64,000 bases of DNA from Candidatus Latescibacterota bacterium (GTDB lineage Bacteria > Latescibacterota > UBA2968 > UBA8231): NCBI GenBank assembly GCA_965223905.1, contig CBDCXV010000010.1:2080001-2144000 (forward strand), in the 5' to 3' direction. A program made the position numbers and the translations under genes. The first letter of the stretch is position 1; each line of letters starts with the position of its first letter. Below are positions 40,142 to 50,846 of this stretch, piece after piece. The notes under the pieces were generated by a model. That model saw only the letters and a list, made by a program, of their open reading frames with translations, was not told where the DNA came from and did not search any database.

Positions 40142-43100
40142 ATGATGTTCCCTGAATCTGACATCTCTGCCAGGCTACGCCGCGATTGGGCGCCTCGCCT
40201 GTTCGCCGTCGCCCTTGCGGCGCAGCCGGTCGCCGGAGAGGTCGATTTTACCGCGCTCCGGGACCAGATATCGGAGAAGCGCCTGACGGAGACGCTGGCC
40301 CGCTTCGCCGGGCACCAATCCCGTGTGGTCGGGTACCCCGGCGCCGACGCGGCTGCCGGCTACATCCGGGAGACCTTCCGCGAGATCGGGCTGACCGGGA
40401 TTGCCGTCCACGAATACGACGTCTCCGTTCCGGTGGAAAAGGCCCCCGGCAGCATCCGGGTCACCGCCACGGGAGAGACCGCTCCGCTGCACGGCCTGTG
40501 GCCGAACCTAGTCAAGACCTCCACCTTGCCCGAGGGCGGGAGGATCGCCCGCCTGATCGACGGCGGCGACGGATCCTACGTCCACCTGGACGGCAGACAG
40601 GTCGCGGGCGCGGTTGTACTGATGGACTACAACACAGGCGACGCATGGCTCCGGTGCGCTTACCTCGGTGCCGCCGGGGTGGTCTTCATCGAACCGGATT
40701 CGACCGTGCACCTGGAGGGTGAACGCAAGTTCCTGACGATGCCTCTCGACCTGCCGCGCTACTGGGTTCCCCGGGAAGAGGGGATTCGTCTGCGCGAGCG
40801 CATCGCCCTGAGCACCGCCGGCGAGGTTGAGGTGCACGTCGAGTACCGCATGGAGTGGGAACGGCGTGCGGCATGGAACATCCTCGGGACCATCCACGGG
40901 ACCGGTCCGCAGCTCCAGGACGATGTCATTGTCCTGGAGTCGTACTACGACGCCATGTCCGTGGTTCCGGCGCTGGCGCCCGGCGCCGAACAGGCCGCCG
41001 GCATAACTGCGCTGATCGAGCTGGCCCACTACTTCCGTCAGAACCCCCCGAAACGCACCGTGGTCTTCCTGGCTACCTCCGCCCATCATCTCGGGCTGCG
41101 CGGGGTCGACGATTTCATCCAGCGTTACCTGCGACGCGAAGACCCGTTCGTCGACCGCATGCTGATCCGCCGCGTCGTCGATGCGGCGCTGACCCGGGAT
41201 CTGATCGAGCAGGACGGCGTCAGGTACCGCCTCGGCGGCCAGGAATTCCTCGGCAAGGAGGGGCTGGTGCGCCGCGTCGCGGAGGGGGACTCGACCCTGG
41301 TCCGCCGCGTCGCCCTGGATGCCCTCGAGGAGGGGCTCATCGGCCGCACGCGAGGACAGCTCGCCTACGGCGACCACCACTTCGGCAGCGTCGACGGCCT
41401 GGTCGAAGAGCTGATCGGCGACGGCGATCTGCTCCTGGCGCTCTACAGGGACTGGGTCGATCCCAAGGTCGGCTCGCTCTCCGTCAAGCTCTTCATCAGC
41501 CTGGACCTGTCGACCCGGACCGACGAGCTGGGGGTTTGGAACAGCAACTCGGAGTTCTACTTCCAGCGCTACTTCGCCCCGTTCGGCAAGAGGTTCATGG
41601 GGTACGCGCGCGAACTGAGCAGCGCCCTGGGGTACCGCTCCGAGGATGTGCTCGTAAACGGCATCAGCCCCGGAGGAGGGATGAACTGGGATTCCTTCGT
41701 TCCCGGCGAAATCTCCGTCAACAGCGAGGTGGTGCTGGCCACAGGCACGCCGGCGCTGGCCTTCGTCACCGTCAACGATGCCCGCTTCGTCGTCGACACC
41801 CCCCTGGACCGCCTACAGGAGGTAAACGTCGACAATCTCACCCGTCAGATTCGCGCCTTGGCCGGCATGTTCCACATGGCCTTCGATGATGCGGACCTGT
41901 TCCCGGATTTCAAGATGCGGCTCAAGGATTCCCTGGGGTCCCTCACGGCGCGGACCATGGTCTTCCCGCGGCGCAGCATCGTACCCGACCTGCCGCGCGC
42001 GGGAGCGGTAGGGGTGGTTCGCAACGGCAAGAGGAAGTCCAGCAAAGGGGTGCGCGGTGAGTTCTTCGAGATCGTCGACGACGACGGCGCCATCTACATC
42101 AACCGCATCCGCATGGCGGAGCACGGCGTCAGGAACCTGCAGATCGAGGGGTACTACATGGACCCCGCCACCGGACAGATCACCTACGCCCCGGACCGCG
42201 GGCAGCAAGGGAGCGCTTACTCCATGAGAGTCGCCATGGACTGGCGCGACAAGCACTGGCAGGTGGTGCTGTTCCCGTGCCGCGCCTACAACCTCAACGA
42301 TCTGGTCGATCCCCAGTACCTGACCAAGCTGTCCCAGATCGCCGTGTTCGGCGAGGCCAACACCGCACCCCTGGAATACGGGTACACCCTCGGTGAAGGA
42401 CCGTCGGCCAGGGACGAGCCGGTGGGGGTGCTGTTCGCCCGCGACGGGGACCGCATCAAGCTCGGGTTGGGAGCTGACATCCTCGGGTTCCGCTACCTGC
42501 TGCTCAACTCGGCGGTCTACGACGACACCGACCGGGCGCTGGGCCGCGGCTACAGAATCGCCCCAGGAACCTCGTTCGCCCGGACTACCTTTCTCGCGGC
42601 GCGCGACATGTGGAATCTCGACGAAGCGCGCATGCGCGAGCTCAGCGGCTTCGGCATCGAGAACCGCCGTCTCAGCAGCCTGCACCGGCAGGCGCGCGTC
42701 CACCTCGAAGCCGCCGGGAGAGCGATGGAGCAGCGTCGCTGGAGCGAGTTCGTGCGTCGCACCCGCGCCGCCATCGGTCTCGAGTCACGCGCCTATCCCG
42801 ATGTCAAGGGGACGCAGAACGACGTCATCCGGGGCATCGTCTTTTTCATGGCGCTGGTCATTCCGTGCGCCTTCTTCGCCGAGCGCCTGCTGATCTCCGC
42901 GGCGACGATCAAGAACCAGATCATCGGTTTCGCCGCTGTGTTCCTGGCGATCTGGGTCATCCTGTCCCTGGTCCACCCGGCGTTCGAGCTCGGCAATCCC
43001 TTCGTCATCCTGTTGGCCTTCGTCATCCTGGCCCTGGCCGTGCTGGTCATCTCCATCGTCAGCGGACGCTTCAACGAGCAGATGAGGAAGCTGCGCACCG

Positions 43101-44947
43101 AGGTCGCCGTCATACACGATACCGACGTGAGCCGCTCGGGCGCCTCTCTGGCAGCCTTCCAGTTGGGAATCTCCAACATGAAGCGGCGCAAGCTGCGCAC
43201 GGCGCTGACGTTCGTCACCCTGATGCTGTTGACCTTCACGGTGCTCTCGTTCACCTCGATCCAGACCTCCCTCGAATTCTACGAGTTCCGGCGCGACACC
43301 GAGGGCCTCTACCAGGGCATGCTGATCCGCAACAAGGCGTGGACCCCGCTGGAGGAGTCGGTCCTCGAGTACGCGGTCAACGCCTTCGGCGAAATCGCTA
43401 CGGTGGCTCCGCGCAGCTGGTACGGCCACAAGGACAGGGCACATATCAAGATGAAGCGCGGCGAGAAGTCGCATAACGCTCTCGGCGTGCTCGGCCTGAC
43501 GCCGCAGGAGGCCGCGGTGAGCGGGCTGGACCGGGCGCTCGTCGCCGGGCGCTGGTTCCGGGAAGGGGATGGGGACGTCTGCATCCTGCCCAAAGACATG
43601 ATCGCCGCGGACAAGCTCGACATCGAACTGACGAAAGTGGCGGCGGGGGCGGAAAACATCCGCGTTTTCGGCGAGATGTTCAGGGTGATCGGCGTGGTCG
43701 ACTCCAGGCTGGTGGAGGACCTGAAGGACCTGGACGGCGAGATGCTGACCCCGGCCGACTTCGCCGGCACCAGCGGGCTCACCGTGATGGAAATGGCCGA
43801 CGAGGAGCGACGCGAGAGGCAGGGCCTGTCGGGAACCAACGTCTCCATCGAGCCGTTCGCGCATCTTGAACCAGCCAACGTGCTCATCATCCCCTACCAC
43901 CTGCTGCGCAACGTCGGCAGCGGCAATCCGCTGCAGTCGGTGGCGGTGCGCTTCGACGAGGGAGTCGACGAACGCGAGCAGATCGAGAAACTGCTGTCGC
44001 GCCTGGCGTTGACGCTTTTCGCCGGCATCAGGGAGGAGGGGGACGAGCAGATCCAGGTGTCGGTCTACAGCTCGCTGGGCATGACCGGCTTGGCGGGGGT
44101 GGCCAACCTCTTCATCCCCATTCTCATCGCCTCGCTGATCGTGCTCAACACCATGATGGGCAGCGTGTACGAACGCTTCCGCGAGATCGGCATCTACTCT
44201 TCGGTGGGGCTCGCCCCCGCCCACATCGCCTGGCTGTTCATGGCCGAGTCCTGCGTCTACTCCGTGCTCGGCGTGGTGGCGGGGTACCTCACCGGGCAGA
44301 CGATCGCCGCAGTGCTCGTGGCGTTCGACCTGTTGACCGGCTTCACGCTGAACTACTCGTCCCTGGCGGCCGTCTTGTCCTGCATGCTGGTCATGGCGGT
44401 GGTGCTGCTGTCCACCCTGTACCCGGCGCACAAAGCCTCGCATATGGCGGTGCCCGACGTCACCCGCAAGTGGCAGTTGCCGCCGTCCGACGGCGATCAC
44501 TGGAACTTCGAGTTCCCCTTCACCGTGAGCGGCCACGAGGTGCTCGGGCTATCGGTGTTCCTCGCCGGTTACTTCGACTCGTACAGCGAGGAATCGATCG
44601 GCACGTTCTACACGGAAGGGGCCGAGCTGAACAGGATCGGAACAGGGCACGGCGAGGGCTTCAGCATCTCGATGGTTATCGGGTTGGCACCCTTCGATCT
44701 CGGCGTGAGCCAGCACGTCGTGTTCCGGGCTGTGCCCGAGCCTGAGCACAACATCTACGCCATCACCCTCGCAATCCGCCGCATCAGCGGCGAGGACGCC
44801 TCCTGGCGCAGGGTCAACCAGCGCTTCATAAACGTCATCCGCAAACAGTTCCTCATCTGGCGCACCATAGATCTCGAGGCCAAGGCCGGCTACAGGGTGC
44901 AGGGCGAGGAGATCCTGTCCGGCACGCGGGCCGGGACGAGGGCCTGA
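40142..44947 (+). CDS. M28 peptidase-like/FtsX-permease fusion membrane protein
   Basis: SRVVGYPG, YYDAMSVVP.LAPGAE M28-like motifs; NMKRRKLRT and V.ERFREIGIYSSVGLAP FtsX motifs. Confidence 0.85.
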   Translation: MMFPESDISARLRRDWAPRLFAVALAAQPVAGEVDFTALRDQISEKRLTETLARFAGHQSRVVGYPGADAAAGYIRETFREIGLTGIAVHEYDVSVPVEKAPGSIRVTATGETAPLHGLWPNLVKTSTLPEGGRIARLIDGGDGSYVHLDGRQVAGAVVLMDYNTGDAWLRCAYLGAAGVVFIEPDSTVHLEGERKFLTMPLDLPRYWVPREEGIRLRERIALSTAGEVEVHVEYRMEWERRAAWNILGTIHGTGPQLQDDVIVLESYYDAMSVVPALAPGAEQAAGITALIELAHYFRQNPPKRTVVFLATSAHHLGLRGVDDFIQRYLRREDPFVDRMLIRRVVDAALTRDLIEQDGVRYRLGGQEFLGKEGLVRRVAEGDSTLVRRVALDALEEGLIGRTRGQLAYGDHHFGSVDGLVEELIGDGDLLLALYRDWVDPKVGSLSVKLFISLDLSTRTDELGVWNSNSEFYFQRYFAPFGKRFMGYARELSSALGYRSEDVLVNGISPGGGMNWDSFVPGEISVNSEVVLATGTPALAFVTVNDARFVVDTPLDRLQEVNVDNLTRQIRALAGMFHMAFDDADLFPDFKMRLKDSLGSLTARTMVFPRRSIVPDLPRAGAVGVVRNGKRKSSKGVRGEFFEIVDDDGAIYINRIRMAEHGVRNLQIEGYYMDPATGQITYAPDRGQQGSAYSMRVAMDWRDKHWQVVLFPCRAYNLNDLVDPQYLTKLSQIAVFGEANTAPLEYGYTLGEGPSARDEPVGVLFARDGDRIKLGLGADILGFRYLLLNSAVYDDTDRALGRGYRIAPGTSFARTTFLAARDMWNLDEARMRELSGFGIENRRLSSLHRQARVHLEAAGRAMEQRRWSEFVRRTRAAIGLESRAYPDVKGTQNDVIRGIVFFMALVIPCAFFAERLLISAATIKNQIIGFAAVFLAIWVILSLVHPAFELGNPFVILLAFVILALAVLVISIVSGRFNEQMRKLRTEVAVIHDTDVSRSGASLAAFQLGISNMKRRKLRTALTFVTLMLLTFTVLSFTSIQTSLEFYEFRRDTEGLYQGMLIRNKAWTPLEESVLEYAVNAFGEIATVAPRSWYGHKDRAHIKMKRGEKSHNALGVLGLTPQEAAVSGLDRALVAGRWFREGDGDVCILPKDMIAADKLDIELTKVAAGAENIRVFGEMFRVIGVVDSRLVEDLKDLDGEMLTPADFAGTSGLTVMEMADEERRERQGLSGTNVSIEPFAHLEPANVLIIPYHLLRNVGSGNPLQSVAVRFDEGVDEREQIEKLLSRLALTLFAGIREEGDEQIQVSVYSSLGMTGLAGVANLFIPILIASLIVLNTMMGSVYERFREIGIYSSVGLAPAHIAWLFMAESCVYSVLGVVAGYLTGQTIAAVLVAFDLLTGFTLNYSSLAAVLSCMLVMAVVLLSTLYPAHKASHMAVPDVTRKWQLPPSDGDHWNFEFPFTVSGHEVLGLSVFLAGYFDSYSEESIGTFYTEGAELNRIGTGHGEGFSISMVIGLAPFDLGVSQHVVFRAVPEPEHNIYAITLAIRRISGEDASWRRVNQRFINVIRKQFLIWRTIDLEAKAGYRVQGEEILSGTRAGTRA

Positions 44948-45010
44948 CATCCGATGCCCTCCAGCCCTCACTACATGCGTTTCCCCCTTCCGAATCGAAT
45001 GAGGTGAATC

Positions 45011-47830
45011 ATGGCGAGCAGACGGCGCCGCTGGGCGCTGGCGGCCGCGCTTTTGGGCGTCGTGACGGGTGCGCTCATGCTGGCCACGGTGTACACCAAC
45101 CTGCTGTGGTTCCAGAGTCTGAACCTGGAGTCCGTCTACTGGCGCGCGATACGCGCGCGCCTTTTCGCCGGCGCCTTTTTCGGTCTGTTGGCGGCGCTGC
45201 TGATCGCACCCAATCTCGCCCTGGCGCGGCGGTTCACGCGCCAGATGCTGCGCACGGGGGGCTCGCCGTGGGGACCCGAGGGAGGCCCGTTCGACCCGCT
45301 GCTGCGTTCCCGCTCCGCGTACCTGGTGGCCGGGGCGATACTGGTGTTGCTGATGGCGAGGATCGGCTCGGGCCAGTGGCTGCTGTGGCTGCGCTTCTTT
45401 CACGATCAGCCCTTCGGCCTCGCCGATCCGATCTTCGCGCGGGACATCGGCTTCTACGTCTTCGAGCTCCCCTTTCTGCGCTTCGTTTCCGGCTTCCTGC
45501 TCGGGGGCCTCATCCTGTCGCTGGTCGCGGTCTGCGTCGTCTACCTTTCCGGGGGCGGCATCCGCTTTCAGGAGAAAATCACCGTGCTGCCGCAACCCCG
45601 GGCGCATCTGTCGGTCCTGGCAGGCCTGTTCCTGCTCGTCATGGCCTGGGTGTACCGGCTCAAGATCCCCGGGCTGTTGTACTCCGACGACTGGGTGGCA
45701 TTCGGGGCCGGTTACGTCGACGCCAATGTCCAGGTATGGATCTACCGCCTGCTCGTGATGGTGTACCTGGCCGCCGGAGGGATGCTCTTTGTCGGTGCGA
45801 AGCCGCGGATCGGGCGCCGGCCCCTGCTCGCCGCCGTCGCCCTGGTGGTTGCCGCCATCCTCCTGGGCATCGTCCCGTCGTCGCTGGTTCAGGCCTTCGT
45901 GGTCGAGCCAAACGAGCTGGCGCGGGAAGCTCCCTACATCCGCCACAACCTGGATGCCACGCGGCGCGCCTACGGCCTCGACCGGATCGAGGAGCAGACC
46001 TTCGCCGGGTCGGATGAGCTCACCGCGGCGGACATCCTCGCCAACCCCCTTACCATTCGCAACGTCCGCATGTGGGATGAGCGGCCGCTGGTTCAGACCT
46101 TCCAGCAGGTCCAGGAAATCCGCCCGTACTACCTCTTTTCCGGGGTGGACGTCGACCGCTACACGGTGGACGGAGTCTACCGCCAGGTCATGCTGTCGGC
46201 GCGCGAGATGGCCGCGGACAGGCTGCCTCCCCAGGCGCGCAGCTGGGTCAACGAGCGGCTGCAGTACACCCATGGCTACGGCATCGCCATGAGCCCGGTG
46301 AACCACGTCACGCCCGACGGCCTGCCCGAGCTGCTGGTTCGCGACATCCCGCCGGTGTCCGCGGCCGGCCTGGAGATCGACCGCCCGGAGATCTACTACG
46401 GCGAGCTTACCCGGTCGTACGTGGTGATAAACACCGGCACCCGCGAGTTCGACTACCCCAAGGGTGCCGAGAACGTGTTCTCGACCTACGCCGGCAAGGG
46501 CGGCGTGCCCATCGGCGGACTGTTCGGCCGCGCCGCCTTTGCGCTGCGGTTCACGGACCTCAACATGCTGCTCAGCAACTACGTCACCGACGAGAGCCGG
46601 GTGATGTTCCGCCGCCAGATCGCCGCCCGGGTGCGCGCCGTCGCCCCCTTCCTCCAGTACGACACGGACCCGTACATGGTCATCTCCGAAGGACGGCTCT
46701 ACTGGATGTTGGACGCCTACACGACCACGGACATGTACCCCTACTCTTCGCGCGGCGGGCGGTCGCCCATCAACTACATACGCAATTCCGTGAAAGTGGC
46801 GGTCGATGCCTACAACGGCTCGGTCGACTTCTACAGAGTGGACCGGGAGGATCCGCTCATGGCGGCCTACGCCGAGATCTTCCCGGGGCTGTTCCAGCCG
46901 CTGGAGGCGATGCCGCCCGATCTGCGCCGGCACCTGCGCTACCCGCGCGACATGTTCAAGTACCAGGCGATGATCTACCGCAGCTATCACATGCAGGACG
47001 TGCGGGTTTTCTACAACCAGGAAGATCTGTGGGCCATCCCCAACGAGATCTACCGCGACCGCCCGCAGCTGATGGAGCCGTACTACATCATCGTCAAGCT
47101 TCCCGGCGAGGAGCGCGAGGAATTCATGCTCATGGTGCCCTTCACGCCGGCGCGGAAGGACAACATGATCGGCTGGCTGGCGGCGCGCTGCGACGCGGAC
47201 AACTACGGCGACCTGCTCGTCTACCGGCTCCCCAAGGATCGCTTGATCTTCGGACCGATGCAGCTCGAGGCGCGCATCGACCAGCAGCCGGAGATCTCGA
47301 GCCAGCTCACCCTCTGGGGACAGAAGGGATCCGAGGTGATCCGCGGCAACATGCTGGCAATTCCGATCGAGCAGTCGTTTTTGTACGTCGAGCCGGTATA
47401 CCTGCAGGCCACCCAGCAGCCGCAGATTTCCCGCATGCCGGAACCGGGGATCGTCGGGATGGGACGGCCGGAAGCACCGGCGCGTCAGAGGTATCGCAGC
47501 ACCGCAATCCCGGAGCTGAAGCAGGTGATCGTGGCCTTCGGCAGCCAGGTGGTGATGCGCGGCTCTTTCGAGGAGGCGCTGGCCGAGATCGTCGGCATGG
47601 TTGCAGGAGCGGCGGACGCCGATGCGGAAGCCGAGTCCTCGCCGGAGGTCGGCGTCTCGCACACGGCATCGCTGCAAACCGCGGCGCAAATGGTCTCGGA
47701 GGCGGAAGCCCACTTTCGCGGCGCCCGGACGGCGCTGCAGGAATGGGACTGGACCCAGGCCGGAGAGGAACTAGAGGCACTGGAAACCAAGCTGAACGAG
47801 CTGCGCCGCGAGCTGGGACACCAGCCCTAG
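45011..47830 (+). CDS. UPF0182 family membrane protein
   Basis: DPIF.RDIGFYVFELPF, V.PNEL..E.PYI..N...TR.AYGL, YTHGYG, NYIRNSVK, VIRGNML.IP. Confidence 0.95.
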   Translation: MASRRRRWALAAALLGVVTGALMLATVYTNLLWFQSLNLESVYWRAIRARLFAGAFFGLLAALLIAPNLALARRFTRQMLRTGGSPWGPEGGPFDPLLRSRSAYLVAGAILVLLMARIGSGQWLLWLRFFHDQPFGLADPIFARDIGFYVFELPFLRFVSGFLLGGLILSLVAVCVVYLSGGGIRFQEKITVLPQPRAHLSVLAGLFLLVMAWVYRLKIPGLLYSDDWVAFGAGYVDANVQVWIYRLLVMVYLAAGGMLFVGAKPRIGRRPLLAAVALVVAAILLGIVPSSLVQAFVVEPNELAREAPYIRHNLDATRRAYGLDRIEEQTFAGSDELTAADILANPLTIRNVRMWDERPLVQTFQQVQEIRPYYLFSGVDVDRYTVDGVYRQVMLSAREMAADRLPPQARSWVNERLQYTHGYGIAMSPVNHVTPDGLPELLVRDIPPVSAAGLEIDRPEIYYGELTRSYVVINTGTREFDYPKGAENVFSTYAGKGGVPIGGLFGRAAFALRFTDLNMLLSNYVTDESRVMFRRQIAARVRAVAPFLQYDTDPYMVISEGRLYWMLDAYTTTDMYPYSSRGGRSPINYIRNSVKVAVDAYNGSVDFYRVDREDPLMAAYAEIFPGLFQPLEAMPPDLRRHLRYPRDMFKYQAMIYRSYHMQDVRVFYNQEDLWAIPNEIYRDRPQLMEPYYIIVKLPGEEREEFMLMVPFTPARKDNMIGWLAARCDADNYGDLLVYRLPKDRLIFGPMQLEARIDQQPEISSQLTLWGQKGSEVIRGNMLAIPIEQSFLYVEPVYLQATQQPQISRMPEPGIVGMGRPEAPARQRYRSTAIPELKQVIVAFGSQVVMRGSFEEALAEIVGMVAGAADADAEAESSPEVGVSHTASLQTAAQMVSEAEAHFRGARTALQEWDWTQAGEELEALETKLNELRRELGHQP

Positions 47831-48085
47831 TTGCCGGGCATCCCGTATGGGGCGGTGGCCGGCACTTGCAACCGGTGGCTGTGTTGCGCTTACTCGCCCT
47901 CGTCCATCCCTGTCAGTCCGTTGAACAAGCTCATCTCCATGCGGCGGCCGCTGGAGAAATCTTCTTTTTCCACGGGCTGCCATGGCCGCATCGCGCGCCT
48001 TGCAGGGGACGCCAGGGCGCCCTCGATTCTGCAGGTTGTTCAAGGACGGAACGTTAACGGCAAACCCGAAAGGATACGGGAAACC

Positions 48086-48878
48086 ATGCTCAAGATTGGC
48101 TGCAACCACCTGAGTCTCAGGGACACGAGCATCGAGGCATTCATCGAGACCGCTCGCGATCTGAGACTGGACTGCGTCGACTTCCATCAGCGCTCTTTCG
48201 TTTCGACCGACCCGGACTACCTCCGCGGCATCAAGCTGCTCTGCCTCAGGTACGGACTGCCGATAGGGTACATCGGTGTCAGCGGCCTCCCATTGGGGAC
48301 GGATGAGGAACGGCGGGGGTTCGCCGACCAGTGCCGGAGCGCGACCGACCTGGCTGCCTTCATCGGATCGCCGATCATCCGCGTGTTCTGCAAGGACCGA
48401 GCCGGAAAAGGGGGCCGATGGCGAAGATCCCTGGCCGGCGATGATCGGCGGCTACCAGGAGATCGCCGACTACGCATCTGCCAAGGGAATAGCGGTGGGG
48501 CTGCAGAACCATCCATCGACGAGCGAGGTCATGCTGCGCATCCGGCGCGAGACCGACCGCGAGAACTTCACCTTCATAATGGACACCGGCCAATGGATCG
48601 GATCGCCCGGCTCGTACCCGCGCGGGGAAGCTCCGGACGTCGACTTCTATCGATTCATGGAGGAGATCGCCCCGCATGCCATGTACGTCCGCACGAAGTT
48701 CTACAGGATCGAAAGCGGGCGGGACGAGTGGCTCGACTACGAGCGCATCGTACCGATACTGAAAAAGGTCGAATACAACGGCTGCATATCCATCGTCTAC
48801 GAAGGGGAAGCGGAAGACCGGGTCGAGCAGGTGCGCAAGGCCGCGGTCTGTCTGCGCGAACTCCTTGCCGGTTACTGA
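48086..48878 (+). CDS. Sugar phosphate isomerase/epimerase (TIM barrel), one frameshift near 48390
   Basis: MLKIGCNHLS...IIRVF in ORF 47831..48892 continues as LQNH...DTG...Y.G.ISIVYEG in ORF 48276..48878. Confidence 0.8.
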
Positions 48879-48944
48879 GCGGACACCCGTGAGTAACGGC
48901 CGCAGTTTCCGTCTGAGGCTTTTGTCCGGAAAGGAGCACAGATC

Positions 48945-50518
48945 GTGAGGGTCAGGCCATGGGAGGTTCCCGTCCGCGAGCGCCAGCTCTTTCTCGATCT
49001 CCAGGGCGTGTCCAGCCACGAGAACCTCAACCACACGCTCCACCAGCCGCAGAAGAAGGGCCCCGTCATCGAACCCGAAGGGGCGGGCAGCGTGCAGACT
49101 CGATGCGCCCCGTCATGGGTCCCGGAAGACCGGTGCTGGAAAATCTGGCTCTCCGAAAAGGACGGGATCTCCCTCGCCGAAAGTCAGGATGGCCTCAACT
49201 GGGTCAGGCCCGTCCTGCGGTGCCGCGAGTACCGGGGGTCGCTGGAAAACAACCTCGTCTCCCCTCTGTGTGGAGAACAGGTCGTCTACGACCCGCACGA
49301 CCCCGATCCCTCCCGCCGCTACAAGAGCATGAAGCTGCGCGGTGTCAGTGAACGCATGGTGAGTCCCACCGGCGCCCACTGGCGCTTGACGGAGAATCCC
49401 TGGCGACTCGCCTACCCCGCCGGCATGTACTGAACGAGCCCTCGCAATACCAGTTGAGCTGGGTGATTCAGGTCGAGGAGCATCCCGATGCCGAAGCGGA
49501 AGAGCGCTTTTCCGGCAGAGGGAGATTTCAGACCCACGACCTGACGGTCAGTGCGGATGGCATTCACTGGCGCAAGCTGAACTGCCGCAGCCTGCCTTCC
49601 GGCGACGAGGCAAACCTCAGTTACGACGAGACCGCGAGAACCTTCCTCGCTACGCTGAAGGAAGGGGAGATGGGCCCGTACGGACGCTCGGTGGCCCTGG
49701 CCACCAGCCCCGACTTCGAACATTGGAACGGCCCGAGGCTCATCTTCCACGCGGACCAGGAGGATCAGCAACTCGCCCGGCAGGTGATAGGGGAACGTCT
49801 AGCCAACCCGAGGCTGCAGCAGCCGCAGCACAACGTGCCGGGCGAATACATGGTGGACGTCTACAATATGGGGGTCAGTCGATACGAGGGACTCTATATC
49901 GGCATGGCCGCTTTCTTTTACCACACGGCAAACGTCAATGAGAACTCGGACGGTTTCCATCACGTCCAGCTCGTCTGCAGCCGGGATTTGCTCAGCTGGA
50001 CGCGGCTGGGCGATCGCAGTCCATTCATCGGTCCCTCGGAAGTGGGCTCGGGTGCCTACGACCTGACCCAGATCATGCCGCCCTCGAGACCTGTCCTCAT
50101 CGATGGCGAGCTCTGGTTCTACTACATGGGAGCCAAGTACCGCAGCGCCCCGCCCGATGCAGATGATAGGAGTGGCGCCATCCATCTGGCGACGATGCGG
50201 CGAGACGGATTCATGTCCCTGGATGCCGGTGCCCGAGAGGGCGTCGTGACCACCGACCGCTTCGCTCTCGACAGTCCCTGGATCTGGGTAAATGTCGATG
50301 CCGGCAACGGCTCACTCATGGTCGAGGTGGTGGACGGCGGCTCGGTGGTGGCGCGGTCGAAGGAGGTGAGAGGAGACCAGCTGCGTTTTCCCCTGCAATG
50401 GGAATCCGGCGACCTGCAGACTCATGTGCATCGCTTCATACAGCTGCGGTTCAGGCTGCACAACGCCGCACTCTATTCGTATTGGCTCGACTCGGTAGCA
50501 GAAGATCCTCCGCGGTGA
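48945..50518 (+). CDS. Five-bladed beta-propeller glycosidase-like protein, frameshift near 49420
   Basis: RQLFLD...AESQDGLNWVRP...RRYK, then SRDLLSW.R...ELWFYY.G...RRDGF.SL; two ORFs in different frames. Confidence 0.72.
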
Positions 50519-50560
50519 CGCCGCGCCGGAAGAAGAGTACAGGAGGTCTCGGGTGAGAGT

Positions 50561-50839
50561 TTGTGCAGCAGGAGGTACCGGAGCTGCACGGACCTGGAGC
50601 TGCTCGAGGTTCCGGCGGTCCGGATCTGCAGCAACATCTTCGCGCACAACTGCTGCTGCAGCGCCGAGAGTCTTTTCAGGGATGTGCCCGAGTTCCAGCC
50701 GCGGATATCGCTCGAGGTTGGTATGCGGCGTGTGTTCGACTCCATGCGGGAGGAGAATCGGATTCCGCCGCCGGAGCCTGGAGGCTGGGAGGACAGGATC
50801 ATGGAGCGAGTGAAGAAAATGCGGAGTCAGGGGAACTGA
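50561..50839 (+). pseudogene. 3' remnant of an NAD-dependent epimerase-like gene
   Basis: IFAHN...RDVPEFQPRISLEVGMRR resembles extended-SDR C-termini; no N-terminal Rossmann fold. Confidence 0.4.
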
Positions 50840-50846
50840 TCGGAGT

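Noticed and set aside
10854-47713. Long antisense ORFs (e.g. 10854..12410, 15868..17805, 20177..22663, 28217..30427, 44549..47713)
   Set aside because: They overlap well-supported genes on the other strand; expected from high-GC codon bias; no motifs
49431-49433. Third selenocysteine readthrough (AGMY-TGA)
   Set aside because: The downstream homologous ORF is in another frame, so this is a frameshift; no SECIS-like hairpin
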